Below, piece after piece: positions 36,001 through 48,946 of a stretch of 64,000 nucleotides of DNA. The position numbers and the translations under genes are program-made. Position 1 is the stretch's first letter. The number at the start of each line of letters is the position of its first letter. The notes under the pieces were generated by a model. It was not told where the DNA came from. It did no database searches and saw nothing but the letters and a program-made list of their open reading frames with translations. The DNA is from Monocercomonoides exilis PA203 (Eukaryota > Protista > Preaxostyla). The DNA is taken from positions 1,922,001 through 1,986,000 of the forward strand of contig LSRY02000001.1 of assembly GCA_001643675.2 (NCBI GenBank). Direction: 5' to 3'.

Positions 36001-38310
36001 ATGAAGAGAAAGAAGAAGAAATTCCAAGAGTTTTGCGATCAAGACAGCGAATTTACATATGAGCAGTTTCATGGTCTGATGTTCAAAAGTTCATCGAAAT
36101 ACTTTGCGAAAGCGATTCGGCCTAGTTGAGCAAGCAAAAATAAGAAGATAATTAACCACTATTTTCAGGGCTCGTGCGATGTGGGGATGTTTGAGGAATA
36201 CGCAGAGACAGCTTTGTGTGCTGGGCCGAATGCAGTGGAGCAAGTGCCTGTGCCGGCAAGACTGGTGGAGTTGGGGCAGAAGGCGAAGAAAAGAGGAGAA
36301 GGAAGAGGAGAAGGAAGAGGAGAAGGAAGAGGAGAAGAATTACTTAAGAGGAGTGTGAGGAAATGTGTGGTGCTTGTGGAGAATGTGAAAGTGAAGATGA
36401 AGAAGCAAGCGAGATATAAGAAAGAAGAGGAGAAGATGTTTGAGACAGTGCTTCGATCGGGATTGGATGTTGAGGGGTTGATTGAGGCAGAAGAAGAAGA
36501 AGTTAGAAGAAAGAGCAGTGTGAAAGGAGCATCGGCGCGAGCATTCAACGAAAGAAGGGTTTTGTCACAAGATGAAAGTACATATCAGAACGATGGAAGT
36601 GAAGGTGATTTGAGTTTGCGTTTCGAATGAGATGGCAATGATAAAGCTAATGGAGCTTGTGCAGAATAAAGAAGGGATTCTGCCTGACATGCAGAAGATT
36701 ATTTTCAACGATGTGCAGCTGAGTGACATGCGCGCAATGGGCGGGTGAAACATTCGGAACAATGACGAGCTGAAGCTGATGCTGTGTCTGCTTGGAGGTG
36801 CAACTGAAGCGAAATAGCAGATGAGGCAGACGAAGCAGATTGAAAGAGAGGTGAGGTTGAGTGGTAGAATGGCAATGTCGATGGTTGAGACGGCAGGAGC
36901 AGGTGCATTGGCAGTGCTGATGCTGATAACGGTGACGCAATCGAATGCAATACAGAGAATGAGCAAGCAGGAGCGATGCCTCGAAAAGCATTTCAGATTG
37001 TCCACTAATTTTCAGCGGATGTTCAGTTAAGTACTAAGAAGATGGAGAATATTGAAGCAGAGAATGAGCGTTATGACTTTGCATCTTCTTCTTGTGGCTC
37101 TTTTGCAGATAGTGGTGGAGGTGGTGTTGAGGAAGAAGAAGAGATAGCCAATTGTGAAGTTCCTGCAGGTGGAACATTCAAAGGAAGAGATGGAGAAATA
37201 ATATTATCGCGCGAAGACTATTCTGACTGCTCCAATTGAGTGGAGCCATTTCTATCTGGATGATGAGCGATATCTGCTTTGGGGAGCTGTAGAAGGGAAA
37301 GAATGCGATGTTTGAAGGTGCATGAAGGTTCTTCCTTTTGTGTCGGTGAATGTGATTGAAGGCACTGATACGTTTACGTCAGCAGCGTTTGTTGCCGCAC
37401 TGACAGATATTTGTGTGCGGCCGGTTTGTGTAGAAAAGGTATTAAAGACGATGAGATGAAGTGGAAGTTCTTCTATTTGAAGAATGAAAACAGCAGCTGT
37501 GTTGTTTGTGAAGGAGGTGGAGTGGTTTGATGAAAAAAAGAAGTGAAAGAAAAGGAAAGAGAAAGAAAAGGATAAAGGCAAACGATAAAACACAGATCGG
37601 TGTTGAACGGGCCAAGCAAATGCATGCACATGAAATCGGTAGTTGTGCAGGAGTTTGTATATGATGTGGGCTAAATGTGGGAAGTGAAAGAGGAAGGGTG
37701 GAAGGTGAGGAAGTATGTTGGATGGGAGAAGATGCGAGCAGGGTGTGTGTGTGTGTGCGATGCGGTTCTGACGAACACGAAGAGGTGCAGAGGTCTGTGG
37801 AGGTGCTGATGCAAGTGCCAGGAGGGTCGATTGTGCTGCAAAGGGGCAGTGCGACGAGGACACAGAGCGTTGTTTTGGGGGCGTATGGGACGAAGACGGT
37901 GTCGTATGCGTTCTATTTCCCGGAGGGTGGGGAGTTTGTGCACTATCCGGCGCAAATGGCAATGCGAGGGCATTTGATGTACTGCAGTCGAGAAGGACAA
38001 AGATACTTGTGGCAGAGCGCGTTGCTGCACAGCCAGAGCGAAGAGATTGGGCGTATGTGTCGCAGGAGGCAGAGATAATAGTGTTGCTGGAGTTTTAGGA
38101 GAAGGAGAATCTCCTCAAAGCGGATGAAAAATTTTCAATGATAATGTTATGGAGGGAGGAGAAGAATATGTTTGAGAGTGTGATTGTGTGATGTTTCCTG
38201 CGTGTGAAGATGACTGTGACGAAAGCAGATGTGTGTGCGCTTCAGTGTTGCCCGTTTATCAATGTGCGGACTTTTGTGTTAGGGAAAGAGTGCCAAAAAT
38301 GTGAATATGA
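33050..38310 (+). pseudogene. Heavily decayed large gene; C-terminal part resembles the Dictyostelium AbpF-like large conserved protein family (tentative)
   Basis: Coding-like higher-GC composition, with many short + strand ORFs broken by stops and frameshifts. Segments VLMQVPGGSI...LGAYGTKTVSYAFYFPEGGEFVHYPAQM and CPFINVRTFVLG recall that family from memory only. Confidence 0.5.
35918..36005 (+). repeat. (GATGAG/GATGAA)n microsatellite encoding poly-DE
   Basis: Read directly from the sequence. Confidence 0.9.
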
Positions 38311-39340
38311 AAAATCTTAAATAAAATTAAATATAAAAGAAAAAAAAGTTTCAAACCATCGGTTATAATAATTATTATGTTAATTTTTACTAGTAAAAGT
38401 CATATTTGATTCCACAAAAATAGATATTCATTCTGAGTTTAAAGAAAATCCGAATGAATTCAAACATCTGCAATAATCAGAATTCTTGCTAATTCATAAA
38501 AAAGAATCGATGCACACTATGAAAATTTCATGAATAAGCAATTACAAAATAAACTGAAAAACGCTATCACATATTTATCATTAATTCTCAATTTTTAATT
38601 TTGATCAAAAAAGTTGATACATAATTTTTTGAAAAATATATATCTTCTCATAAAAAAGTTTGTTATGAGCCTACTAACATCACTGTGTGAGTTTTATATT
38701 TTCATTTGTATTATGGTAACGGAGTGTTTTTTTATTAACTTTCATGGGACTAATTTTTGATCCATAGCGACTTTTCAAAAAGAATTACCCATATATAAAA
38801 ACCTTCATATTCAAACCCTGATTTCTTTAAAATGAAGTTTAAATGAAATTTCTTTTTTGGTTTTATGAAATTCATAAAGTTTTATTGTTAAAATTAGTCA
38901 CAAAAACTCAAAAACCTAACAGAAAAAATGATCAAATGCATTGATATTTTTGGTGTTATTATGTTTCATCGAGATAATTATTAATGTTGAAAGATTATTC
39001 TTATTTTGACAAGGGATTTATCACAGACTTGTGTTGTTGAGTACGTTAAGCTCTGTTTCGATTCAGTTTATTGATTTTTTTAAGGAAATAATCACAACTT
39101 GTTAAATGATACGCTTTTGCTTAAATATGAACTTTTCAATGCGACTTTAGTTATTCCTGTGAAACAACGAAAGTGGGAACAGAAATAAAATCAATATTAG
39201 GGTTTCTCTTTTTGAAAAGACGCAAATGTTTCATATCCGTCTGAAAGAAAAACAGACTTTATAAAAACATTTTTTGCTCAATATCCATCAAATTTCTCCG
39301 CAATGCACTTAATTTCTTATAAAAAATGATAGAATATGTT

Positions 39341-39543
39341 GCTGATCCTTTTTGAAATCATTCTTTTGTTCGAGTTTTGATCAAAATTTAAATCTCCATG
39401 GGATTTTTGAAAAATTGAACAAAACTGATAATATACGTTGTTTAGGATGTTGTTAATGCAGAAACAAATTTTTTTCTCAATCCCATTGAAATAAAAAATT
39501 TGATCAAATCTCGAACGAAAGAATGATTTCAAAAAGGATCAGC
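39341..39543. mobile_element. Short MITE-like inverted repeat (family C)
   Basis: GCTGATCCTTTTTGAAATCATTCTTTTGTTCGAGTTTTGATCAAA pairs with TTTGATCAAATCTCGAACGAAAGAATGATTTCAAAAAGGATCAGC. No clear TSD. Confidence 0.6.
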
Positions 39544-40076
39544 CATGTCTAAATTTTTTTGAAAAGTTCCTTTTGTTTTATTTGAAATTAAAACAAAAGG
39601 AACTTAACAAAAAAAATAATGACATATTCTTCTGTTCAAATACAAAAAGCTTGAAGTATTATTTGCTAAAGAAAATCGAAATAGTGTTATGATTCTATCT
39701 TGACCTTTTTTCGAAATCAAGACCCTTTCCTTTTTTGCCTTTCCAACAGCTAGACACAAGCCTGTTAAAAAATAATAAATAACCAGAACTGTTTATTATA
39801 TAATAATCAAATTATTAAGATATTTTTTTTCAATATTTCATATTTTATAAAAAGATCAAGGATTATAATAATTATATGTTTTGATCATTGGCTTGCAGTT
39901 TTTTCATCGAATACTTATCCACAGAAATTTTAAGCTTTCATATCACAAAACATCGTTTTTTTTATATTATTTAGTTGTTTGAAACATTCTCAACTAGTTT
40001 TTTTAAATATTTTTTCTCATTTCACACATTATTCAAAAAAACATGATTTCATAAATAAATGAACTTTTGTTTTGTT

Positions 40077-40783
40077 CACCTAAAATTATTCAAGATAGAA
40101 AAAGTTTAATTCAAAATCGAAAAAGTTTTAAACAACATCAAAAAATTTTTATTAAACATCGAAAATGTTTTATTCAAAATCGAAAAAAAAAGATAATTTG
40201 TTCAGAATTTCAATTCAAGTCAAAACCAAAATATTTTCATTAACACAAATGTTGATAATAACATATGTTTATTTATTGGAAATGTTTTTCTTTCGTTTTT
40301 GACTGCTGTTTTCTATGATAAAGACTGATATTCATTGATCCTTTTCTCATTTTGAAAATTGAAAATGTTATATTTTATCAGCTTCCAATGCAATAAATGA
40401 AATTCAAAACATTTTGTTTTGAAAAAATGACATAAATTTCTGTCTTTTTGCACAAAAAACAAGATCATGAACTATCTTATCACCTTTATTTTTTGCTCAA
40501 ATTCCTTGATATCACCTGAATACATGTGAAGAGTTTTATTATAATTCAGTTTTATCCTATTTCCACGATTTCACACAATCAAACACCAAAAAAAAAACAT
40601 CAAAATTTTTTTTCCAATTTGAATTAACAAATTTCTCAGATCGTGCTTCGAAATAAAAGAAACTGACATGAGCATGATTTTTTAAAATTTTTTCAGATTT
40701 TTTGATGATATAGAATTTTCGATGTTGAATTGAACTTTTTCGATTTTGAATTCAAGTTTTTCGATGTTGAATAATTTTTGGTG
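40077..40783. mobile_element. Older family A-related MITE with short 21-bp arms and a different core
   Basis: CACCTAAAATTATTCAA ... TTGAATAATTTTTGGTG|TA with 3-5 degenerate TCGAAAAA units at each end. Confidence 0.7.
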
Positions 40784-42336
40784 TAATTAAATGAAACGAA
40801 ATAATAATAAAATATGTCATGAAATGGGGTAAAATATATTTCTTCAAGCATTTTCATTGAAAAATTTTGCACTTTTCATTGACTTTTTGCGAAAAAAAAA
40901 CATTATGAAAATGGTTCTATTTTTTGACATTCGTGAAATGTTGGAAAACTTTATGTTTTATTTCAATGACACCTGTATACGGATATGAAAATCAAATTAA
41001 TTTCAAAATCTGATATAGTGAAATAAAGTTATGAGTGAAGCAATTTTTCAATGCCTTGTGCAAAAAAAAGCTTGAAAGTCCGTATTTTCCCCCAAATGAT
41101 TTCTTTAAGAAAAATCAACTAAACATCTATATATGGAAACTATTTTCGGATCAAAATATTATGTGTTCTACCATTTCGCATCAAATTCTTGTTCAATTCT
41201 TTTTCATTTCAGGATGAAACAAAAATATACAATTTAAAATACCTTGTTTTAATTTTTTATGTTCTAAAAAATTTTTTTGTAAAGTTCATTTTGATAAATT
41301 ATCAAATAATATGAAAATTTTATATTTTGATCAAATTTTTGTTTCCACTCACCAAATAACGCTGTCTTGAAAACAAAATCTTGACAATTTTTTATATCCA
41401 ATCAAGAAAAGTTTCGTGAGTGGGAACAGAAATTTGATCGAAATATGAAATTTTATCTTTATTTGAAAATTTAACAAAAAGAACTTTTCAAAAAATTTTT
41501 GACATGTGAACAAAAAATATAAATAATACAAAATAACTGAAAGTTGTGAATAATTTTGATTAAATTGTTTATTTGTTTATTTTTTGTTTCAAACTTTTGC
41601 TAAGCTTGAAAAAAGCTTCAGAAAATTTCAAAAAAAAGGTTGAGATTAATTTTTGAGGTCAAGATTAAACATGCACACTTGATTCAATTTTATTTGACAC
41701 AGAAATTAAGCATTAGTCGCTTTTCAAAAAAATGACCGATATGTATTTTTTTGATTTGTTTGCAATTTTGACAAAATGAATTTTCAAAAAAAATTATTCA
41801 CGAAAATAGAAATAAAGAAAACAATTTTAACAAAAAGCTCATTCATATACGATCAGGTGATTGATTAATAATGTTATTATAAAAATAGTCAAAAAATCAA
41901 ATTAGAAAAAAAAAATCAATCAAAACACAAAAAATTAACAATTTTCAGAAATATTTTTTTGTACAGTTTAAGGAATTGTGAATAAAGTTACAAATTAGTT
42001 TTTTGAAACCGAACTTTATTCTTTGTTGTTTCTTTTAAACTTTGGTTTCAATCATCGATTGATGGAATGAATTGTGTCCAAAAATAGCTTTTCAAGTTTG
42101 AAAAAACAAACATTTCAACCTTTCTTAAAGCTTGCATTTTTTTGAAGGGTAATTTTGAAATAAGAAATGAATAGAAAGAAAGAAAAGAACAAAAATGCGT
42201 TTGCCAAAACATTGATTTTCATTCTATTTTTATGCTATTTATAAATAAAAAAAAACCTCAATTTTTCTGGAAAAAAAAATTTACTGCTTCTTTGCTTTTT
42301 TAAATCGTATTATCTTTAACAAACATAATGAATATT

Positions 42337-44004
42337 TCACCTCCAACTTGTTGGTTTATCAGAAGAATTCTTTTTGAATGAAGGCTTCTTCATCTTCTTC
42401 ATCATCAAAAGAGTGCAAGTTCCGCCAACATGCCCAGCTCCGGCCTGAAGGAAATGAATTGTTAAAAAGATAAAGTTAAAAAATAAAAATAAATGAAAAG
42501 AGAAAATGAATATTAAAATTTTAAAAGAAGTTATAATAAATTCATAAAAATTTACGAAATTATTACATTAACCACGAAACAGTAACAAATTAAAAGCTCT
42601 AAAAATTTCAAATAATTTTTGAAAATAGTTACAAACAGCAAATCGAATCTTTTTTGGTATGTTAGTGTAATACACAGGCTGCCTCTTTCCGTTCAAATAC
42701 AAAAAGCACCTCCTCTTCTTCAAGTCAACCTCCATTCCAACTTTGTCTCCGTCGCTCCACCTCTCACAGCCGTAGGATGGCGAGGCGCACTGATAGCAGC
42801 TGCCCGCCGAGTTGTAATCCATCGACATCGAGTCATTTCCAAAGCAGGCACTGCCTGACTTGCACAGCTCAGAACAGATCCCCACCACAGGATTCCATGC
42901 CCCGCCGCGGTGGGACATCATCTGGATCACACAGTGCCAAATGCCCTTTGTGAAGAGCTTGTCCACAAACACCATTGTTCCTTCCCCAACCGTCCATGTC
43001 ACCACTGCCCTCTTCACGGAAATCCCCATAGACATCTTCTTTGACCAATAATATTGAACCTCTGTTTGTTAAGGAAGGAAAGCAGATTGGGGGAGGGAGA
43101 AAGGAGGATGAGTATTTGAATTGAAAAAATTTTCGATAAATAAAGTGATAATAATAATTATTTTATAAATTTCCAAAAAAATCTTTTTTCTCAACAAAAA
43201 CTTAATAAAATTCAATTTCTCCAACTTTTCTGAAAACATATGATACTTGCAATCAAAACATACTTCCTTTAACTGGGTACAATCCTTTTTTTGACGAATC
43301 TTCCGAGCTTGAAGAATCGTCATCATCTTCTTCATCTGATGATGACGAATCTTCATCACTTTCTGACTCTTCATCCGAAGTAGAATCATCGCTGTCATTT
43401 GACGAACTGGAATCCTCACTATCTTCTTTCTTCTTCTCCTCCTCTTCTTCAAGTTTTTTCTTTTTTGACTCCGCATCCTGAATTTGTTAAAAAAATTAAA
43501 TATTTCAAAATAAAATGATTCTTTCCTCAAAACAAGTTTAATACAACCATTGCACAACCTTAACAGAAATATTTTGTTCATTCAATTCAGATATAAATCC
43601 TGCTTCTGGCTTTAGGTTTTTCTCAATAAGCTTTCGAAACGTTGGCTGAGGAACAATAGCCTGACGAAGCTGAGGTGGAAGCTGTTGACCTTTTTCTCTT
43701 GAATGAGCAGCTGTTAAGAAAATAAAAAAGCAATTAGAAATTAACTTTATGTTTAAAATTACAAACAAAGCCGAATTGACATCTGCTCAGTAACTGCTGA
43801 AACTTGTTCTTCATCCATTTCAAAATTTGTCTTTAAAATATCAGAAACTTTTTGCTTAGCTTCTGATTTAATTAGGGATCTCAGCACAAGGCCAACCTGG
43901 CGAAGTGTAGAAATCATAGATTCTTTCATAGCTGCAAAAGAAGGAAGAACTTGAACTCCAAGTGCAACCAAAAGCTCGTCTTGATTTAATAGGTACTTCG
44001 TCAT
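42337..44004 (-). CDS. SPRY/B30.2-domain protein with acidic Ser-rich linker; exons 44004-43767, 43710-43559, 43477-43264, 43061-42637, 42444-42337
   Basis: SPRY signature GIWH...VVGIC...WSDGDKVGMEVDLKKRRCFLYLNGKRQP. All four GT-AG introns are phase-consistent. The 5' exon frame and start are uncertain. Confidence 0.7.
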
Positions 44005-44996
44005 GAATGTTATGAATCAATTTAGCACTTGCAATCCAGGTCTTTAAACAAAGAAAAAATTGATCAATCCCTCAACATTTCCATGTAAACAATGATCGAA
44101 AAGACGGGTTTGGCTTTTATTCATGAAAAATGTGTATACATACATTCAACAACGAATGAAAAATTTCATTAAAAAAGCTTGAAAGATAAACAATTGATTT
44201 TTGTTAGAAATTTCCAATTATTAATTATCATTCAATGAAAATAATTGTTATCCTTTGTTGATATTTCAAAGGCACCTTGAAAGATGCTATTTCAAAGCAG
44301 TTATTAAAAAGTTAACATTTGAGAAGAAGAAATAAAAAAAATATCAATGAATAAAAATATGTGAGTAATGCCAGCTCTTTCATTTTTTCAACACAACCAT
44401 CCAGGTTTATTATACATCTTTAGCAAAAGCAAACAAAAATTTTTTGACTTCATTTTTTTTCCCATTTATGTTTCTTGCAAGTTACATTTCTGGTAAGAGC
44501 AGAAGATAGGGGTATCAAAAATCTTAAAGCTAATCATTCATCCTACATAATAATCAAGCCACATGCTATTTATTAGATAAATAATAACAATTTTTTAGGT
44601 TTGGAGAAAAATTAGTGTGTATCAATGAATAAATCTTGAAAAAAAGAAACCCAAAATATTAAGTTAAAAAATAATTTTGAAGCATCACTGTTATCCTCAA
44701 CTTTAAAATCTTCTTTAAATGTGACACCATTGAAAAGCAAGATATTATGTCCTGTTTTTGTGTATTTAACGGTAATTATTAAACTTTTCCTTTTTATATC
44801 AAATTTATTAAATGGAACAAAATATTAAAAACCTTTAAAATGAATAGGAATATGAAATTGTTTGTTTCATTTTTCCTTCATAATTTTCTTATTTGACATG
44901 TAACTTATATGAAACACATGAATAAATGTGAATATCATTTTTATTACAAAATATTGCAAAACAATGAAAAAACTTTGGTACCCCTATTTTCTGCAT

Positions 44997-46227
44997 TTAC
45001 CACATTTCTTCATCTTCATCATCTTCTTCCCCATCTTCATCTTCATCCAAATCATTGTAATTATCTTCATCGTTATATTCGCCTTCATTTCCTTCTCCTT
45101 CTCCTTCTTCTCCTTCTTCTCCTTCTCCTTCTCCTTCTTCTCCCTCAATTTTCCTTTCTTCTGATTCATTTGCCTCATAATCACTAACATTCTCACCATT
45201 CTCTTCTGAATCCGCTTCTTCTTCAGCCATTTCATCATCATCATCTTCTTCTTCTTTTCTTTCTTCTCCTTCTTCTCTTTCCTCCTCCTCTTCTTCATTT
45301 CCTTCCTCTTTCTCTTCTTCATTTCCTTCTTCTTTTCCTTCTCCTCCTTCTTCCTCCTCCTTCTCTTCATTATGCTCATCATCTTCTTCTTCTCTTTCGC
45401 TTTGCCCATCAAATTCATTATCATGTTCATCATTATCTTCTTCCTCCTCTTCCTCTTCCTTCTCCCTCTCCTCTTCTTTCTCTTCTTCTTTCTCTTCTTC
45501 TTCTCCTTCTTCTTTCTCTTCTCCTTCTTCTTTCTCTTCTTCTTCTTCTTTCTCTTCCTTTTCTTCTTCTTCCTTTTCTTCTTCTTCCATTCTCTTCTGA
45601 TACTCCAGAAACATTTCTCTGTCTTTCTTTGTTATCCTCTTGTTCCCATCAACATCGAAACATTCATTTTTCTTCTGCTCTTTCGAAATATCTGCCTTTT
45701 TCATCGGCTTTTCTTCATTTTCTTTCTCTCTTTCTCTTTCCCTTTCTCTCTCTTTTTCTTCTTCATTGTCTTCTTCTTCTTCCTCTTTTATTTTCTTCTC
45801 CTTTGATAGAATCTCCAATGTTGGTATAACAGAATCAAAATCAATCTTTTTTGATTTTGCTTTTTCTTTTGCTTTTTCTTCTTCCATTGCTTCTTTTTCT
45901 TCCTTCTCTTTCTCTTTCTCTTTCTCTTTTCCCTCTTCCTCATTCTTCTCCTTCTCTTCTTTCTCTTCTTTCTCTTCTTTCTCCTCCTCTTTCTTCTCTT
46001 CTTTCTCCTTCTTTATTCCTTTCTCTCTCTTCTCTTTCTTCCCTTCTTTCCTCTTCTCCTTCTCCTCTTCCTCTTCCTCCTTCTCTCTTGCCATTCTCTC
46101 CAACATTTGTCTGCTTGTTTCTTCTTCTTTCTTCTCAACCGCCGGCAATTCTGAACAGAAAACGGGCTGCCACTCAAGCTTCATCACAGCCACGGATATG
46201 TTGTCTCTCTCTATTTTATCAGAGGAA

Positions 46228-46259
<32 letters not shown>

Positions 46260-48911
46260 AGAAGAAGAGGTGTCTGAAAAATAATAATAATAATAATAAC
46301 AATAACAATAATAAAGAATAGAGAAATTAGACAAAACACATTAAATGAAAAATGAAATAATAAAAATGAAAATATAATTCTAATAAAAGAAAAAAAAAAA
46401 GAAAAGAAAAATATTCAAAAAATTTTTTCTTTCTTTCTTCTTTTTATAATATACAAGAAAAAGAAAAAATGAACATTCTTCATTCAACAACACACTTTCT
46501 GCACTTTTATTTGTTTTTCCTTTGTTTTTGCTGTCATATCGCTTCAGTGCTTCAGAAAGCAAACAAGAAGATATTTCCTGTGCAGACGGATAAACAAGAG
46601 GAAATGTCACTTTAACATCTTCTTCTTCTTCTTCTCTTTCTCCTTCTCTCTTTTCCTCTTTTGTAGAAGAAGAAGAAGAAGAAGAAGAAGAAGATTCACA
46701 ATTTTCTCCTTTCTTCTTCTCTTTCTCTTTCTCTTTCTCCTTCTCTTCTTTCTCTTTCTCCTCTTTCTCCTTCTGTTGTGCCAACATATTTGCCATTGCT
46801 GCTGCTGCTGATGCTCTCAATGGCTGTGGAACAGAAGATTGATCAACAATTCGCAAACCTCCTGATTTATTTCCATTTGCTCCATATTGTTGGCTTTGTG
46901 AAGAAGAAGAGGGAGAAGAAGAAGAAGAAGAAGAAGAAGAATTATTCCCTCCTCCTCCTCCTCCTTCCTTTTGTGACGAATGAAGAATTGCGATTTCTTC
47001 CTTTGTGAGAATGGCATCGATGTCTTTGTATTGATCTGGGTGTGCTTTAGCCTGTGTGACCAGCTCTTCAGTGAAGATGGTGATGCGAGGAGAAGGAGAA
47101 GAGAAAGATTTAGAGGAAGAAGAAGAGAGAGAAGAGGAAGAGGAAGAAGAAGAAGAAGAGGAAGAAGAAGAAGATTTTGGTGATTTAGAAGAAGATTTTA
47201 TTGAAGAAGAAGAAGAAGAAGAAGAACTAGAAAATTCTTTTTCTTTGCCATCTTTCTCGTTCATTGGATGCTTTTTGTGAGTGGCGAGGTGAGGTGAGGT
47301 TGATACGACACTCACATTTATCCGCTTTGAAATGAGCATTTGACATTCTTCGGGTGAAATCACGTCCCACAACTGAAGAAGGAAATAATTAAATTAAATT
47401 AAATTATTTAATTAATTTTGATTTTGGTTTTTGGATTTGTTGGGAAGGGGGGTTAGATAAGAATAAATAAACAGATAGAAATAGAAAAAAATAGGAAAAA
47501 AAAAATAAAGAAGAAGAAGAAGAAGAAGAAGAATAAAAAATGAAAAATAAATTAATAAAAAATAAATAAAAATAAACAAAATAAAAAATTAAAATAACAA
47601 TCAAAAAACTCATTCATTTAACCAATCCATACCCCATCAGTCGCCACCACCACCCACAGAGGAGGTGGAATCAATCTGTCTGTGCCTTCTTCATCCAGCT
47701 CATCTGCTTCCACATCGTCTTCCTCCTCTTCTCCTTCTCCTCCTTCTCCTCTTCTTCCCTTCACCTTCATTGTTATTCCCATCATCCCCTTCCTCACTTT
47801 TGCCTTTGTTTTCACCACCCCTGTCATTTCTTCCTCTCTTTTCCTTCTTCTTTCTTCTTCTTTCTTCTCTTTCTCTCTCTCTTTCCTCTCCTCTTTCCTC
47901 TTCTGGAAATCCCACAATGCTGCTTCGTGTTCTTTTTTTCTCTGAATTAGCAGTTTTTTCAGTGCTTTTCCAAAGCCAGTGAAGGGAGTCAGAGCAAGGC
48001 GACTAACAAAAGGGGTGCTGATTGTCTGTGGAGAAGAGAAATCGCCTAGGGAGCGGGTGATGTGGAGGCCTGGAGAAAGAGAAAGAGAAAGAGAAAGAGA
48101 AAGAGAAAGAGAAAGAGAAAGAAAGAAAGAAAAATAAAACAAAACAAAACAAAAAAAAAAAAAAATAACACATTCAAAAAAAAAGAGAGAAAGAAATGCA
48201 ATAATATAATACCGTTTATTCTGTTGGCCATGATAGATCCGTCGTCTTCGCCAACAATAGCACCGCTGTTGACACAACGTTGTTTTTCATCTGTGTTTGA
48301 TGAATGATGAAACTCACTCATTTCAAGTGGAGGGTATGTTGGATCAGAGGAACTGGAGGAAGAGGAGGAGGAGGAGAAGGAAGGGAAAGAGGGAAAGAAA
48401 ATGAAAATAAAAAAAAATTAAAAATTAAAGAAGAAGAAGAAGAAGAGGAGGAGGAGAGAAAGGAATAAAGAAAGGAATAAAGAAAGGAATAAAGAAAAGA
48501 AAAGAAAAGGGTAAAAGAAAAAGTAAAGAAAAAGTAAAGAAAAAGATAAAAGAAAATGAAAAATAAAATAAAATAAAATAAAAATAAACAAACAATAGAA
48601 AAGCTTCAGAATCTCCGACGTTTGCGAAGAGCAGTTCTTTTGATTCGATTGGAGTGACAATCACATCGCGAAAAGAAGAAAGGCAATCATTTGAAGAGGA
48701 AGAGGAGGAAGAGGAGGAAGAGGAGGAAGAGGAGGAAGAGGAAGAGGAAGAAGAAGAATTTTCGTTATTGCTATAATTGCTATTATTATTATTATTATTA
48801 GAATTTATTTGAGTTTGTGGTGTTTGTGATTGCGATTGTGATAAAGATTCAGATTTCTCTGCTAAAGTTGAAGGTTCATTGGATGAAGGAGAAAGAGGAG
48901 AAGAGGAGGAG

Positions 48912-48946
<35 letters not shown>

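Noticed and set aside
33050-38310. Stop-codon reassignment (e.g. TAR=Gln) explaining the broken ORFs
   Set aside because: The region also has frameshifts and TGA stops, 2000+ aa ORFs elsewhere lack in-frame TAR, and CFAP45 and PP2C end in TAA.
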